Source of the DNA: Kondoa subrosea
Lineage: Eukaryota
Direction of reading: 5' to 3'
Length of the DNA: 64,000 bases
NCBI GenBank assembly: GCA_039545335.1
Contig: BCIN01000002.1
Location: forward strand, 372,001 to 436,000
This document shows positions 11,184-24,584 of the stretch, one piece after another. The notes beneath the pieces were generated by a model. That model was given only the letters and a program-made list of their open reading frames with translations. It was not told the origin of the DNA and did not search any database. Made by a program: the position numbers and the translations under genes. Numbering within the stretch: the stretch's first letter is position 1; every line of letters begins with the position of its first letter.

Positions 11184-13236
11184 ATGAGCAATTCACGAAC
11201 TGGAACATTTGCGGAAGAACAACGCACAGTCACGCTAGAATGGAAGATTCCCAACTTGCGAGAGCTCTTCGAGTCGACCAAGGGAGATGTGAAAACGAGG
11301 GTCATCAAGAGTTGCTTGTTTGGTGATGGGTACGCCAGATTCCGCCTCGGCAATGTTATTGCTGAGCCGCGCTTCTTGGTGTACAGTCAATGGCAGGTCT
11401 ACTTCTATGCCAACTCGGGAGATCAGTTCGTCTCGCTCTACCTCTCTTGCGAGCCAACAGCAGCCGAAAGAGCCCGAGGCATGCCAAATAACACAGTCGA
11501 CTGTCAGAAGAGTGCCAAAGCATTGGAAGCGAGCTCGTCGAGTTCGGCAGCAGCAGCTACAGATAATGCACCTGAATCAGCATGGCAGCGAGAAGGCCGA
11601 TTCAAGTTTGTCTTTGAGCTGAGAAGTGTCGACAAGTTGACCAGGCTAAAGAGTATTGATGCTGTAGGTCTCGGCCTACTAAGACGATTCTTCAGCTTAC
11701 ATAGATGCTTCTTGTCATAGGCTGATCATCAATTTTCATCCATTGTACGGAATTGGGGATGGGCGCAATTCGCACCTCGTTCCTCAGTTTACTTCAACAA
11801 TACCAAGATCAAGCAAGATGATGCCATGCTCATTACCTGTACAGTAGTCTATCAATCTACTCCTCCAACATCCGCAGCTCCAACAAACACAATACCTAAA
11901 TCCCTTATCCCTTCTGAATTGGTCTCCGCTTACGCTTCTCTGTTCAACGATAAAGATCATTCAGATGTGGTGTTTGTCATTATCCCTCCTTCTTCTACTA
12001 CGCCTAGACCGAAAACCAAGAAGTTGTACGCGATTAAGAAGATTCTGTCACTTCGGTCTGATTATTTCGCGGTATTGCTTTCTGGAGAATGGTCAGAAGG
12101 AGGTGGAGAAACAGGGGCATCGGTAGTACGATCTATGGAATCTTTATCCGATTCGGAAGAAGAAGAAGATGAGGATGATCTGGCAAGTGATTCTTCAGCT
12201 ATCTCATCAGAGGATGAAGATTTCTCTTCTGATGTCGAAGAAGAAGAAGAAGGGGAAACAACAAGCGTAAGAGGGCCATCAGTCCAATCCTCGACAAGAG
12301 CTACAGTATCGGAATCGGATCCGCCAGCTTATGTTTCTACTTCGACGACCACGCAACAAGGAGAAGAAGAAGAACGCGTTGCAGGATCTACTACTCCTAT
12401 AACTACTCAACCGGATGAACCAACACATTCGGTTTATAATACTCCTAGTCGTAAATTGACTAGACAAAGAGCAAAAGGCAACAAGAGGCAGCACGAGCGG
12501 ATGGTGGTTAAGGTCACTGATGTGAGATCTCTCTCTCTCACAGAAGTAGAACTAGGCTCACAAAGATCATGCAGGCAAGCTACAAGACTTTCAAAAGTCT
12601 GTTATATTACCTCTATACAGATTCGATAGGTACGTTCACCGTGTTCTTGGTTTGGTTGAATGTCTCGCTAACGGATTTGTGATTCAAGTCTTTGCACCTC
12701 TTGCTTCAACCTATCGAGCAGCAAAAGAAACCGCTCAAGCCAAGAACCAACCTTTCCCGTATTCTTCCCGATCTGAATTCTGTCAAGCTCTTGCTTTCTC
12801 CTCTAAAACTCCACATCATGTAGTAGAAGGTTTAGTAGCCAAAGATACTTTACGAAATCCTCAACCAGGTTCCAACGCCAAAGAAATTTATATTCTTTCC
12901 GATAAATTAGGCTTAAACGATTTAAAAAATCGAGCTTTTCAACATTTTCAAGCATCTTTATCTTCTTCTACTTGCGCTTACGAAGTTTTTTCACCTTTTA
13001 CTCATTCTTATCAAGAAGTTTTGGATTTGAATACAAACTATTTGAAAAAGTATTGGAAAGAAGTTAGAGTTTCACTTGCTATGAAATCAGTTTTGGAAGA
13101 AATAGGAGCAGGAAAAAGATCAGGAGGAGAAGGTAATAGGAAATATCCTGGTTTCGCAAATGTGTTTGGTCAATTGTTGGAATGCTTGGAAGTGGTTCCC
13201 ACTATTGAATCAAGTGAAGGAGGAGGAAGTCATTGA
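11184..13236 (+). CDS. MATH-BTB (SPOP-like) protein
   Basis: MATH-type VTLEWKIPNL, WQVYFYAN, VSLYLSC and RNWGWAQF. BTB-type SLFNDKDHSDVVF and KKILSLRSDYF. AKEIYILSDKLGLNDLK follows. Confidence 0.85.
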
Positions 13237-13354
13237 GATGGTCATTGTGTTGGCATCAGCTATGTATATGCGATGTATTATCTCCACTTGATCAAATGCG
13301 TGAACTGTTACAATATTGATGTTTGTTCTAGGTATATGCATGATTAGACGTATA

Positions 13355-14264
13355 CTACTTCTTCTTACGTGATGCTGCTGATCTCTTCCGTTCGCTCTTG
13401 CTGGTATAAGCTGGTCTAGCTTGATGATGCGGATCTGTGCGAAACAAACTTCAAACTAAGCACTCAAAAAGTACCAAAGAATGATGTTCACGCACTAGCT
13501 TTCGTTATCGTCTTCTTTTTCGGGAGAGGTTTATGCTTCATTTTCGGTCTATCATCTCTCGGTGCAGATTTAGCAGAAGAAGCTCGACTGTAGTTGACTC
13601 TTGATTCATGAAAATGCGCTCCCTTTGGTTTTGGTTCTTCTTCTTCTTGTTGAGCATCAAAGTCTACTTGTTCTATCAATACGGTAGCTTGCACATCTTC
13701 ATCGTTGATGAAATCTTCTCTACGATCAGAAGTTCGATCTCGAGGTATTGTTTCTGCTGAGATATTCATCGTTTCGCTCAATAGAGGATCTGTACACATT
13801 GATATGAGTACAAATGTAGAAGAAGAACATGAAGGAGAAGTTGCTGACCTCCGTAGAGTACACTAGCAGCTTGCATATTTTCCATAGCTTGAGTTTTCCT
13901 TTGTTGCCGAAGCTGTAATCAATAGATTGGCACATTGATGCAAAACATAAGACAGAGAGGGCTCACCTCTAATCTCATCTCATTCCTTGCTAATCTATCT
14001 TTTTCTTCAGCTCGAGTTGCAGCAGCTTCCTTCTTTGCTTTCTTTCGCTTTGAGAACCCAGTCAAATAATCCCTGCTCCGCCATAACAGCAATCAACCTG
14101 TCTGTACTGTCCATTATGCAGTCCCAGACGCACCTTCTCGCTTCATCATCGAAATTAGCTTCTGCTTTCCTTTTAGGCGGTCTTGAAGCAGGTAAAGCAG
14201 GTTTAATTGCTCTCTTGTTGGACTTGTATGTGAATTTGCCTTGTTTGTTATTAGTATGCGGCAT
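13355..14264 (-). CDS. RRP17: rRNA-processing protein Rrp17/NOL12 (Nop25 family)
   Basis: Splicing yields NFDDEARR-DYLTGFSKRKKAKK, the Nop25 signature. Later EDVQATVLIEQVDFD and a basic C-terminus ...SAASRKKK*. Not visible as a single ORF in the track. Confidence 0.8.
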
Positions 14265-14329
14265 CCTCCTCTTCGTAGTTGCTCGTTGAATGTCAAACCG
14301 CATTATTCTTGTTCTCAAACCAATACACC

Positions 14330-15206
14330 ATGGCTTCAGCTATTAGAAGATACGCAACACCTTCAGCTTCATTACCTTCTAGAATAGTAGCCTCTTTAAT
14401 AATCTCTAGACCTCCGTTAACATTATCGAAATTGAGCAATTTTGAAAAAGCTTACTATGAATATGCTACGAAAGTAAACGCAGCAGCAAGTGATGAATTC
14501 GATCAAGGGTTTTATTTCAGAAAGGGAAGTCAGGCTGAAAAGTCATTCTTACAATCTAGGAATTCTGGGCAGCAAGTGATTGAGAGTGGGAGTAGCAGTA
14601 TTCAATCAGAGAAGAGTAGTAAGGATGAACAGGTGAAAGGGAAGGGGAAAGGAAAAGAAATCGAGCAAGGGATGAAAGATCTCAACAGATTAGCTGATCG
14701 AACTTTATACCTATTATTGAAGAAATCAGGTAGATCAAAGCAATCGGGTTCATGGCAATTTCGTTAGTCTTTCCCTATCCCTTTTACTTCTATTCATCTC
14801 TTATACTCTTCTGGATCGGGATACAGCTCAAGGTGGAATTGAAGAATCAGACTCATCGATCCTTAATGCAGCATTGAGGGAAACTTCAGAAGAAGTTGGA
14901 CCAAATATGGATCTCTTCACTCCTTCTAAAGTACCTATCTCAGTCTATTCCTATCCTTCTTCATCAACAACCACCAAGGTAAGCTTATTCTCTTTATAGA
15001 TCGACTTCATGTTGATTTTATACTTGGGTGAACAGGTCTTTTATTTACCTGCTAAACTATTAAGAGGTCAAGCAAGTATAACACAGCAAGGAAAGAAAGA
15101 GGGAATTCAAGATTTCGCTTGGTGTACAGCAGAAGAAGTCAAAGAACGGGTCCCTGATGGTTGTTGGACTCAAGCGTTGAAAGAGGGGGAGTTGTTGGCT
15201 AGGTGA
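14330..15206 (+). CDS. MRPL17: Mitochondrial large-subunit ribosomal protein mL46 (yeast Mrpl17)
   Basis: IISRPPLTL...FEKAYYEY, FYFRKGSQAE, LNRLADRTLYLLLK, WQF|PQG-like Nudix fold, VFYLPAKLLRGQ and DFAWCTAEEV. Confidence 0.85.
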
Positions 15207-15629
15207 AGATATCACTACTTTTTCATGTGGCATTGGGCGGATTCGTGTGAAGATGATTTGAAGCTAAGGGCCAATGTATATGATTTCTTTGAGCAAAAGG
15301 TATATCGCTTGCCAGAATGCATCCTTCGTTTTCGCTGATACCTGCCTATGTTCTCAGGCACATTTTCAGGCTTGGATTGTATGAGCAATTTTGGTTGAAG
15401 CGCCTTACCGCTTTTACACCGCATGCCATTCCAGTTTCTGCACCATCTGAGTCTAAACCGAGCATCTTCAAAGATACTTTACCTGCCTGTGCCATTCTCT
15501 CTGTCGCTATCGAACTTGTTGCTATCATTTGATTGCCTGGCTTCGTTTCAAGGATTTGGATATAGATTCTAACGCGTTATTGTTTATTTGTCATTGCATA
15601 GCTAATACAGTCTTTCAAGCCAAATGATC

Positions 15630-16538
15630 TTATGCTCTCTTTCCAGTATCGAGCTTGTATTTGCACGATTCGTTTTCATGATTGTATTTGGATCCAGGAC
15701 TGCTTAAACTTTTATCGCAACCAGGGTTTTCGCATTTGTACGGCCTGTCACGGTCGGTGGTAAAAGAAGCATCAGAAGATTGCGGGTTGTAATAGCTGAA
15801 TACCCCAGCGCCTACTTGCCTTGCAAGCGGCATCCCTTCTAATTTGTTTCTTGACTCCTTCATCGATTGCCGTCCATATGGAAACTCGTGTATGAATGTT
15901 AGCTGGTGAGAGCTGTCAAGAGTCTGCTCCATATGAGTTGGTGCAGGGTGTGAGGCGTTACTGATTGGAGTTTTCGATCGGAATTGACCTGGAGTATGTG
16001 TCGATTCTGCATCAAAAGGAGCTAACATATTGGCCTGATAAGCTCCGACTTTAGGAAGATGAGGAAAGACCTGACCTTGAGGGGAAGGCGGATTGAAATG
16101 AGGTGATTTAAGAGCAGGGTCATATTGAGGCTGTGTGATTGGATGCTTGCCCATATTGGGCTGCCCTTGGACGCCTAAGGGCTTGTTGTCCTGCCTGAAT
16201 TGCGACGAAGCAATGAAATTGACAGGTCTTTGACCAGTTGCTGAGTTAGTAGGAGCTGCACAGCCCGAATTTGCAAGGTTCCGACTTCTGTTGTCCGTTG
16301 TTGGAACGGGCATCTGATTCTGAGGCTGATGGAGAAAGGGTCTTGGAGCTGTATGAGGAGCAGCCAAATTTGCGCTATTGACATTCGGGTTGGAAGTTGG
16401 GCCATGGGACAGATTGGTATGAGTATCCGCAGTTGTACTTGGTCCCTCAAAGTTTGAGATATCAACGATCCGGTCGCCATCATAATACCAAGTTTGGCCA
16501 TTAGCTCGCGTCTCCGAACGTGTAAAATAGATAGGCAT
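15630..16538 (-). CDS. Intronless low-complexity protein with C-terminal C2HC zinc finger
   Basis: 302-aa ORF ending RPYKCENPGCDKSLSSPGSKYNHENESC. Confidence 0.7.
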   Translation of the reverse strand: MPIYFTRSETRANGQTWYYDGDRIVDISNFEGPSTTADTHTNLSHGPTSNPNVNSANLAAPHTAPRPFLHQPQNQMPVPTTDNRSRNLANSGCAAPTNSATGQRPVNFIASSQFRQDNKPLGVQGQPNMGKHPITQPQYDPALKSPHFNPPSPQGQVFPHLPKVGAYQANMLAPFDAESTHTPGQFRSKTPISNASHPAPTHMEQTLDSSHQLTFIHEFPYGRQSMKESRNKLEGMPLARQVGAGVFSYYNPQSSDASFTTDRDRPYKCENPGCDKSLSSPGSKYNHENESCKYKLDTGKRA

Positions 16539-17305
16539 CGAACCGAAAGATCAGAGTCACGGTACAGAGGGATTTGACCTAGGGAATTAGAGGAAGGAAT
16601 GATATGTCTGACAAATATCCGCTGGTAAGAGAAGAGAAGATTGAACCCAATTGACAAGCGGTAGGCGAAGCAAGAGTCCAATTCAAGTTTCAAGTTTACG
16701 TTTCATGTTTCAATCCGAAGATGTCTTCTCTGGTACCAATCGGTAATGAGCAGTAGAGCAATCACGTTCAATGTCAGAGAGTAACAAGATTGAAGAACAT
16801 GAAGAGCTAGAGACTGACCTCAAGCAGATAGACAAGAATCGTTCGAGACACAAGATCTGTTTTCAGTTCACAACGCATTCGATGCAATCGCAACGGAAAG
16901 AATAGCAAGCACAGCAGCTCATAGAGCGCGTGCCAACATTCGCAGCAGCGTGTACAGAGAATGAAGACAATAGTCTGAAGCTGAAAAATCGACAATTCTC
17001 GCTTGCCAGAATACAAGCCAGCACCGGCCTACACTATGTACGATGGAATAGTACTGCGGTGACAAATACTTTGTCACCGTTGCAGGTCTGAACTTGTCTG
17101 CGGAAACTTCCAATGCATCGAATCTGCCATGACCTTCATCATTCTTTCTGGCTTGGCTGCATTTTCTCATACCGTGACGTGCTCTTTTCTCCCTTTCAGT
17201 CTTACTCTCGTACCATCTCGCTCCTTTGGGACTCGCTTTCGCTTTCGTTTCGCTTTGATAGCGCTTACTTTCTATACATCTCTATCTGTTTTCTTTCTAG
17301 CAACA

Positions 17306-18867
17306 ATGGCTACTCGGCTACCAACTGATGAAGAGGACGAGGAAACTACAACGAGAGCTCCGATAACAAGAGTACAGGCTGTACGTCGAAAACCAGATGG
17401 AAGCTATAGGGTCTGATCGTTTTGCTGACAGACTCGAACTTCTCCAACTCGCGCAAACGCGCCTGAGGAGTCTACAACCCTTGCGCGAGTCACCAGATCT
17501 GCCGCTGCTCCTGTAATTTCTCCCACGGAAGAAGAGGACGAGGAGCCAGAACCTACCTCTCGTGCAAGAAACACTTCATCGTCCAGCCCAATTACTGCAG
17601 CTTTAGTAACGACTCGTGGAGCTTCACCTATTTCAGCTGTTACGCAACCAGCTCAGCCGGCTCGAGGAGCAGCGTTAACGACAAACACATCTCGTGTAGC
17701 AAGCGGATCTGGCGCAGGTACTTCGCTACCTACTGCTTCTATTGCAGCTTCAAGCGAAGGTCCAAAGGTGCGCGAGTGAGCCAAAAAGACTGCATTCAGC
17801 CATTGATTCGAATGTTCAGATCAATGTTTCTGCACCTGTTTTGGGAGCTATCGGAGGTGTTATTGTATTGATGCTTATGGCTGCACTAGGAAGGATGTGG
17901 TATAAGAAAAAGCACCAAAGGAAAGATCAAAGCAGGCTGGTAAAGGTAGGTTGAACATAACTTCTGCAAAATTGTCAATGTGCTAAAATGAATGTTCCAT
18001 TTACAGCTCTATGCTGGAAATGATACATTCGAAGGAGGTGTATATGAACACAAGAACGAGAAGCCGACTTCCTACGCTACGCCAGCTTCATATGGTTCTC
18101 TCGCTACACCAAACACGGCATTATTCAAGGACGACATTCTGTCTCCTCCTTCACCTTCTTTCAATTCGCCCTACCCAGCATTCAGTAACGGGTCCGTCTC
18201 ATCTATTTCCCGTCCATCATCTATAAGAAGTTTCGATTCTTCCGCACCTTTCTTCCCCTTTGCCAACCAACCCTTGGACGCTCAATTACCAAATCCAGCA
18301 GCATATCATAATCCAGTTGATTCTCGATCAGCTTCACCAGTCAATAACGAGCAGTCAAAGATCTATTCTGAACACCTTGTTTCTCAGCCTGTTCCATTCG
18401 GTAACGATTCAGCTTCGAAATATGATGCTACTCTTATGGACAATCCCTGCACTGGTCATTCTTTGAACGATTCAGCTTTCACTACATCAGCCAATTACAG
18501 CAAGGACATGAAAAATCGAGAATCAAGAGATCCGGACGATGTAGTTTATGGTCTTGCAAAGGCATTCCCAACACCGCCTATCTCTTCTTCTACTACAGCT
18601 CCTTTACAGTCAACACCTGGTAAAATGAGAACGCAGGAGAAGAGTCCATTCTTTGAACATGAGGAAGAAGAACCTACTATTCAACACAAAGGAGCACAAG
18701 AAGAATCTTCGTCTTATATCGTCATGGATGACGAAATGGATCAAAAGAAGAGGTTAAGCGTTGCTCCTAGAATTGAAACTAGACCTTCAAGTGTTAGCGG
18801 AGAATTCTCTTTCTTGGATACGTTATTACAACCGGTTCCTGAAGTGGATGGCAAGCAGAAGAAGTAG
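17306..18867 (+). CDS. Single-pass membrane protein with S/T-rich N-region and long cytosolic tail
   Basis: T/S/A-rich exons, TM helix VLGAIGGVIVLMLMAALG followed by basic RMWYKKKHQRK, and a 291-aa S/P-rich last exon. Confidence 0.65.
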
Positions 18868-19134
18868 AGAGACTTTGATGGGAGCAGGGAAGTGAATAGC
18901 ATAAAGCTGGACTTTTTTATAACCATTTGCATATCAGAACAGTCGTTAGCAAGTCAGTAGCTGTACCAGTGCATTGCGATTCACTTCTTTCTTGCGCAAT
19001 TCCGCTTCTCCGGGAGATGGAAGAAAACTAGCGGAACAGAGTACTGAAGAGATAATCAGTCTCTTTGCTTTCATTGTCCTTTGCTATATACATGAAAAAA
19101 GTTCCAGCTGATGCCTTTGCCGCAACAGTAAAGG

Positions 19135-20005
19135 TTACTCAGTGTAAGGTACACCGGCTTCATCCTATATTCTTATCAGAGCTGAAGTATTGTCGAAGAA
19201 GCCGACTTACAAGCATTTCGCGAGCATGCTCTTTTGCTGAAGGGGAATCAGCTTGTGCAGAAACAAGCAAAGATGACTAACCGCTTTCACCAGCATTTGG
19301 ATTGTGCAAAGTGGCTTTGAATCCGCCGAGAACACGATGCTGCTCTCGGTATTAGCAAAGTGAGTTGAAAGAGAAGAAGTAAAACTTGCGTTGTGCTCTT
19401 CATCGTTGGAAGAGGCAGAAAAAGTGCTAGCATCAGAAGCAGTACGAGTATCATGGCCAGTTTCCGTCTTGGCTTTTTTGCTGGCTTTCTCTTCGTTCTC
19501 GGGATCATCGCTGAAGAAAAGTGTCAGCAGACCGTTAGAAATCGGCCAGCGAGAACTTACTACTCGATACCAGCCTGCTGTTACCTCAGTATGTGATCTC
19601 AACCGAAGAGCTATGACTTACAGCATCTAGCATTTCCTGCTGGAGTGATCAGCTCGAGCATAATGCAGAACCGCAGCAGGACGAACTCTTGCATGATCCT
19701 TGGCTTTGTCACTGACGTCTGTGTAGGAGAGTGTCAGAATGGATCTATAACTAGTAGTAGAGATGTCTTACTGGCATTGTGAATAGTGGCTGTCCGCAAA
19801 GCTGTGAGGAGGTCCAAGCTCAATTCAACAGCAATATCGTACCTTTGTAACCTGTATCGGCGAGTCAGCTATATGTATAGGCTATGAGACAGCACATACC
19901 TGCAGCTTGTCTGGTGGAAAGGTCTTCACCTGGAACATGTTGAGATCCTGATGTTGGATTGAGCTCAAAGTCCAGGGAAGGGTACAGCCAGGATTCACCT
20001 GTCAT
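19135..20005 (-). CDS. Con-6 (conidiation protein 6)-family protein, two repeats, 11 exons
   Basis: Manual splicing gives MTGSQHVPGEDLSTRQAAGYKATIHNANVSDKAKDHAREMLDAAGIEY...HRVLGGFKATLHNPNAGESAKEHAREMLDEAGVPYTE*. Ten introns, one of them GC-AG. Confidence 0.8.
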
Positions 20006-20268
20006 CTTTAGAGAGTTTCACGAGAGTGATAGAGGTGAATGAAAGTCGCGGTAGAGAAGAGAGAAGCAAAGAATTCCATTATAAAGAGTCGTGTAAAGAG
20101 AAAATTACGTAATTTTGGACTAAAACAAGCTCGCGACATAAGAGAAAGATGAGAGAAAAAAGGATGAGGCAAGTATAGTAGAAGTGGGGAGATCATGTCT
20201 GCATTTTGGAAAACCTATTGAGATCAAAATGAGCGACCGCAGCCGAATCATGAGGCTTACCTCTGCGT

Positions 20269-20874
20269 CTACTCGGTATACTCGACACCAGCAGCATCCT
20301 GAGAACATATATCAGCTTCATACACGTGGTATACAATAGTGAATGTACCAGCTTCTCACGAGCGCGTTCTTTAGCTGAAGACGAACGTCAGCGCGAATCG
20401 GCCAATTAGTAGCGCTCTTCTAACCTTCTTCACCTGCTTTATCATTGTGCAGAGTAGCCTTCAATCCACCAATTACGTGATGCTCATGCACTTCCGCATC
20501 GTGTTCCTTTTCTGCTTTAGTTTCGTTCTTTGTGTTGTGTCTCAAATCATGGGCGACAGTGGCGCTCTCTTCTGTCTCGGCCTTCTTTTCGCTAGATGAT
20601 ACATCACTTGTGATTCTTGTGTTGTGCAAGGAAAACTCACTATTCAATACCAGCGGCGTCAAGGACTTCTTTTGCGTGCTCTTTAGCTTTCTCCGATACC
20701 GTAGGGTTGGATATAGTGGCTTCGGCAGTGCATCAGCTCTGTGACTTGTACGCTTATGAATCTTGACCACCTTTGTAGCCAGCGGCTTGTCGAGTAGATA
20801 GTTCAGTGTGTTCTGCTTTTGAATCTATCATCAGTGGCTTCGGAATCAAAAGCAGATGTTTGCATACCGCTCAT
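20269..20874 (-). CDS. Con-6-family protein, tandem paralog, 6 coding exons
   Basis: MSEHTELSTRQAAGYKATISNPTVSEKAKEHAKEVLDAAGIEY...HHVIGGLKATLHNDKAGEEAKERAREKLDAAGVEYTE*. Confidence 0.85.
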
Positions 20875-20995
20875 ATTTATATAGATTGGTCACCGCTCAA
20901 CAAGAACAAAGAGTAAAAAGAGAAAAGCAATATAGAAGAAAGAAGGAAATAGAGCCACGCTAGCAGGTCAAATGACATCTCCAGCGCTTGATTTA

Positions 20996-22858
20996 TCAAC
21001 AATCCAATCCAATCCTGTTGAAGACCTCTTTGAGTTTCTCACTCTTCGCAAGATCCATATGCCCATCCAATATATCGGTCAATTCGATATTGATCAAACC
21101 ATCAACATTGATTTCGCCCAATCCGGCAGGTGCTTTGATAGCCATATCTCCCTATGTATCTAATTAGCTCCTTCATAAGCCAAAAGTAAGGCAGACGACA
21201 CACGTGAATTGCCATTCTAGCCATTAGCGCCAAAACCCAATCATTACTCGACCAAGTTGATTTGAGCGGTCCAGCGACGACTGAACGAGCCATCTGCCAA
21301 GATTGATCCGATGGTGCGATAGGTAAAGAAATAAGAGTAGCAGAATAGATGAGATCGGAAGGAGGTTTTTCTTGTTCTGCTAATGTAAGGAGACAGTTGA
21401 AGATCACTACGGCTCCTAATGAAGTTCCAGTCTGTCGAAGAATCATGAGCAAACAGCTAAGAGATAAGAAGAAAGACGCACAAGCATTACAGGTCGATCG
21501 CCTTGAATCCTGTCTTGCAATACTTGAGCTAGGAGAACACCTGCTTTCTTCGCTTTCTCTAGGCATCTGATCCAATCCGAATCAAAGAGCGAAGTGGATG
21601 TCTTGTATAGGGTCACAGGTAATGATACAGCCGAAAGAACTGCTTGAGCTGCTGTGCGTTGAAGTACTTGATGAATGGCCTGATGCAACAATTGTGAGCA
21701 CAATGACGTATAGGAAGCGGGAATATGCTCACTTTGCCCTTAAGAAAGTCTAGACCGATCTTTAACGAGCGATCGGACGATAGCAGAAGGAAGGAACTCA
21801 CTCCAAGTGTACGATTGTATCGACTTGCCTAAAGCTAAGAAAGCAGCCGTATCGACCTTTACAGCAAAGACGTCTCTTTGATCTGGTGTATGCTCGAAGG
21901 TCGGTTTCAGAACATTAATATAACCTCCAGGTTCAGTATAAAGCCCGGCACAAATGATTGTAGCGTGAAGTGAAGGGATTTCAGGCAATTCTCCTTCAGG
22001 CTTGATTTGCTCGAATTCAAATTCCTACACATCGAATTAGCTAGATAATAAGACAAGCGCAGGATCAGAATTTACATCTATTCCTTCCACTCTCCGCTTG
22101 ACTCTATATGCCGTCAGACCACCACCTCCGAGTCCAAACAGTGTTCCAATAAAGACTGCTCCACCAGAAGAGGCCAGAAAACCAAGCATACCGCCAGAGA
22201 CACTAGCTAGAGCAGATCCTACGAGCGGAGCTGCTAACCCTCCAGTAAGACCGATAGCTAATCCACCAGCTAAAAACCCAGCTCCTGTTGCTGCCCAACC
22301 CCAAGAACCAGCTTTCTCCTTCGCGGCAGCCAAAGCAGAAGAAGTTTTACTGCTCGTTGACGAAGACGATTGAGATTTGGATTTAGCTGCTTTTTCTGAT
22401 TCGACGAGTTTAAAGTATAGTTGTTGCGCTACTGCTTTCTCTGTGTTGTAAAGAATTGATATTGGGATTTCTAAGGATCGCAGAAGGGAAACGAGCAAGA
22501 CTCTGTTGATTGCTGTATAGTGAGGTTTATTATCCTTGGCGTCGAATGAGACGGGTAAAAGATGTAAGGAGACTAGAAGGAGCTCTTCTGCTACTTCTTG
22601 CTGTTGCTTTGGCGAGACTTGATCAGAAACAGATAATGCACCCAGGTCATCTGACAGAGATTTGGACGAGGGAATATTCAAATGAGACAAGATAGAAGAT
22701 AGCCAGGCTTGCTTCGAGGATTCGATATGTTTATCCGAGCGAGACAGAACTTTCAAAGCAGTTTGACAAGCAAGTTCTTGTGCAGCTGATTTTCGAGCGA
22801 AAGCAGCAATGCGCTCTTTCAGTGGTGTACTCCACTTCTCAGCGAATGAGCTGGTCAT
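20996..22858 (-). CDS. DUF726/TMCO4-like membrane alpha/beta-hydrolase-fold protein
   Basis: GGLAIGLTGGLAAPLVG, IGTLFGLGGGGLT, KAKKAGVLLAQVL...QGDRPVML, GTSLGA and SSNDWVL. Confidence 0.85.
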
Positions 22859-22960
22859 CACAATGTCGTGGCTGTCAGAATGCGAGCCTTGGCCGTGCGT
22901 GTGAATGCAGCAGCTGCAGAGCCATGACGTTTTATTCCTTGCGTCCTTTGCTCTCGAACC

Positions 22961-24354
22961 ATGGATACCTTACCAAAAGAAGCGAAACAGCTCATCAGGC
23001 TACAGATACTGACGCCAATCTCAGTCTTGCTCGCATTGAGCTCGCAGCTGGTCGCAAGTCTAGCTATTGAACCCAGTATCGGCGAAATAAGCGATGATTA
23101 GTGCGTTGCATGTCAGGGCAGACATGCCAGAGACTGAATGGAGATGTAGCCTTACTATCCTGACACCGAAAAAGTACTGGATTGGCGCCTATTGGCTGCT
23201 TTTGTACATTCTCCAAGTCAGTCGGATCTCGCTCGAGCTTTGATATGGCACTCATCAGTCTTACCAGATTGGCTATTGCATTATACTAGCTACTGTACGA
23301 AAGCAAGAGACCAAAGTCAGACTGTCCAATTCATGCCCGATCAATTCTGAAGAGATCTACAGGACACAATAGTTAACGCCATTGGTCTCCCCTTCGTCCT
23401 GGCCAACGTCTGCATGGCTGGATGGACTCTCTTCTTCTCCTTGCGTTACTTTTTGGTTTCGGAAATCTTCCTTTTACTCGCTTTGGCTCTGATGATCTCC
23501 TGCTGGGCATTATGCCTCGTTTATCCTCCTCATTTCAAGAGTAGACCTATGGATACTATCTTCATTCATGCGCCCATCAGAGTATGTCTTTTGCGCTGCG
23601 GTCCACGTATTGGCCAATTGTTACATTCAGATGTTCCTGGTCATCCTTTTGGTTGTAGATGTTTGGCAAAATGGTCTGCTCGCTTTCAGATGGTACAAAT
23701 ACGTTGGCCCGGAACCCATCTCTCCCTCTCGACCTGGTCGATGGGTACGTTTCTCACAATTGTCCAATTAACAATGTTTAATGGCAATTGCAGGAAGGAG
23801 AACATAGCAAGCATTCATGGATCGCTTTCGGTGTTGTCATGGCTGTTGGCTTGATCAATGCCTTCATCGTCTTCATCGGTCGAGATGGTAAGTTTATCCG
23901 TTTGACAATAATGATGTCCGATTTTGAGACGCTTTTCATTCAGCTGTTTGGGCCTTGTCGGCTATCTTCTTATATATCGCTTTGATTGTGAAAGGACCCA
24001 AGCCAGCTCAGCTATTTGTAAGCATCAATTCCCCTGCTTGAACCTATCGACCGTCCCACTTATATAACGTTTACGTGATATTATTAGATTCCTCTTGTGC
24101 TCTTGGCTGTTCTTCAACTCGTAGCACTCATCGCTTCTGTTCTGTACTATCGCTACAAAGCTAACAGAGCGGGCGAAATCCGATTAAGATCAGATGAAGA
24201 AGCAGAAGAAGATGCATCTCCGATCGCTTCTGGTTCGCATCATCGATCAACCGCAAGACCTTCAAGTGGTGAACATACAGACTCCTTTGTAGTACAAGGA
24301 GGCGCAAAGAGAGCTAGTCATGATGGACCGAGAGAGATTGATGGAGAGCTTTAA
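22961..24354 (+). CDS. Fungal multi-pass membrane protein (DUF1774-like)
   Basis: MDTLPKEAKQLIRLQILTPISVLL, LANVCMAGWTLFF, TIFIHAPIR|MFLVIL, and C-terminal GEIRL after the last TM helix. Many short exons. Confidence 0.7.
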
Positions 24355-24584
24355 AGATCATTGAATTGGGAAATAGTAGAATTATTACTTATTGAATCGT
24401 TCCGTTAATGCAATTGACCTGACAGTTAAGAGTAAGGTCGACCTGAAAGTCCTTTACCGAAGAAGGCACTGCATGATTTTCATTGAAATGCGTTTGTAAT
24501 TGTACTCTTCTTTTGATAAGCCATGTCGGTCTCTTCGCTCTGATAACCTTGTCCTCCGATTGGTGATACCTTCTCCGTGCGATT

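Noticed and set aside
14007..14318. 103-aa ORF ending in GSCCNSS as a standalone small protein
   Set aside because: It reads through an intron. Correct splicing gives the Rrp17 signature in another frame.
19500..19900. Extra Con-6 introns considered as introner-like mobile elements
   Set aside because: The five copy-specific introns share no visible sequence similarity or terminal repeats beyond ordinary splice signals.
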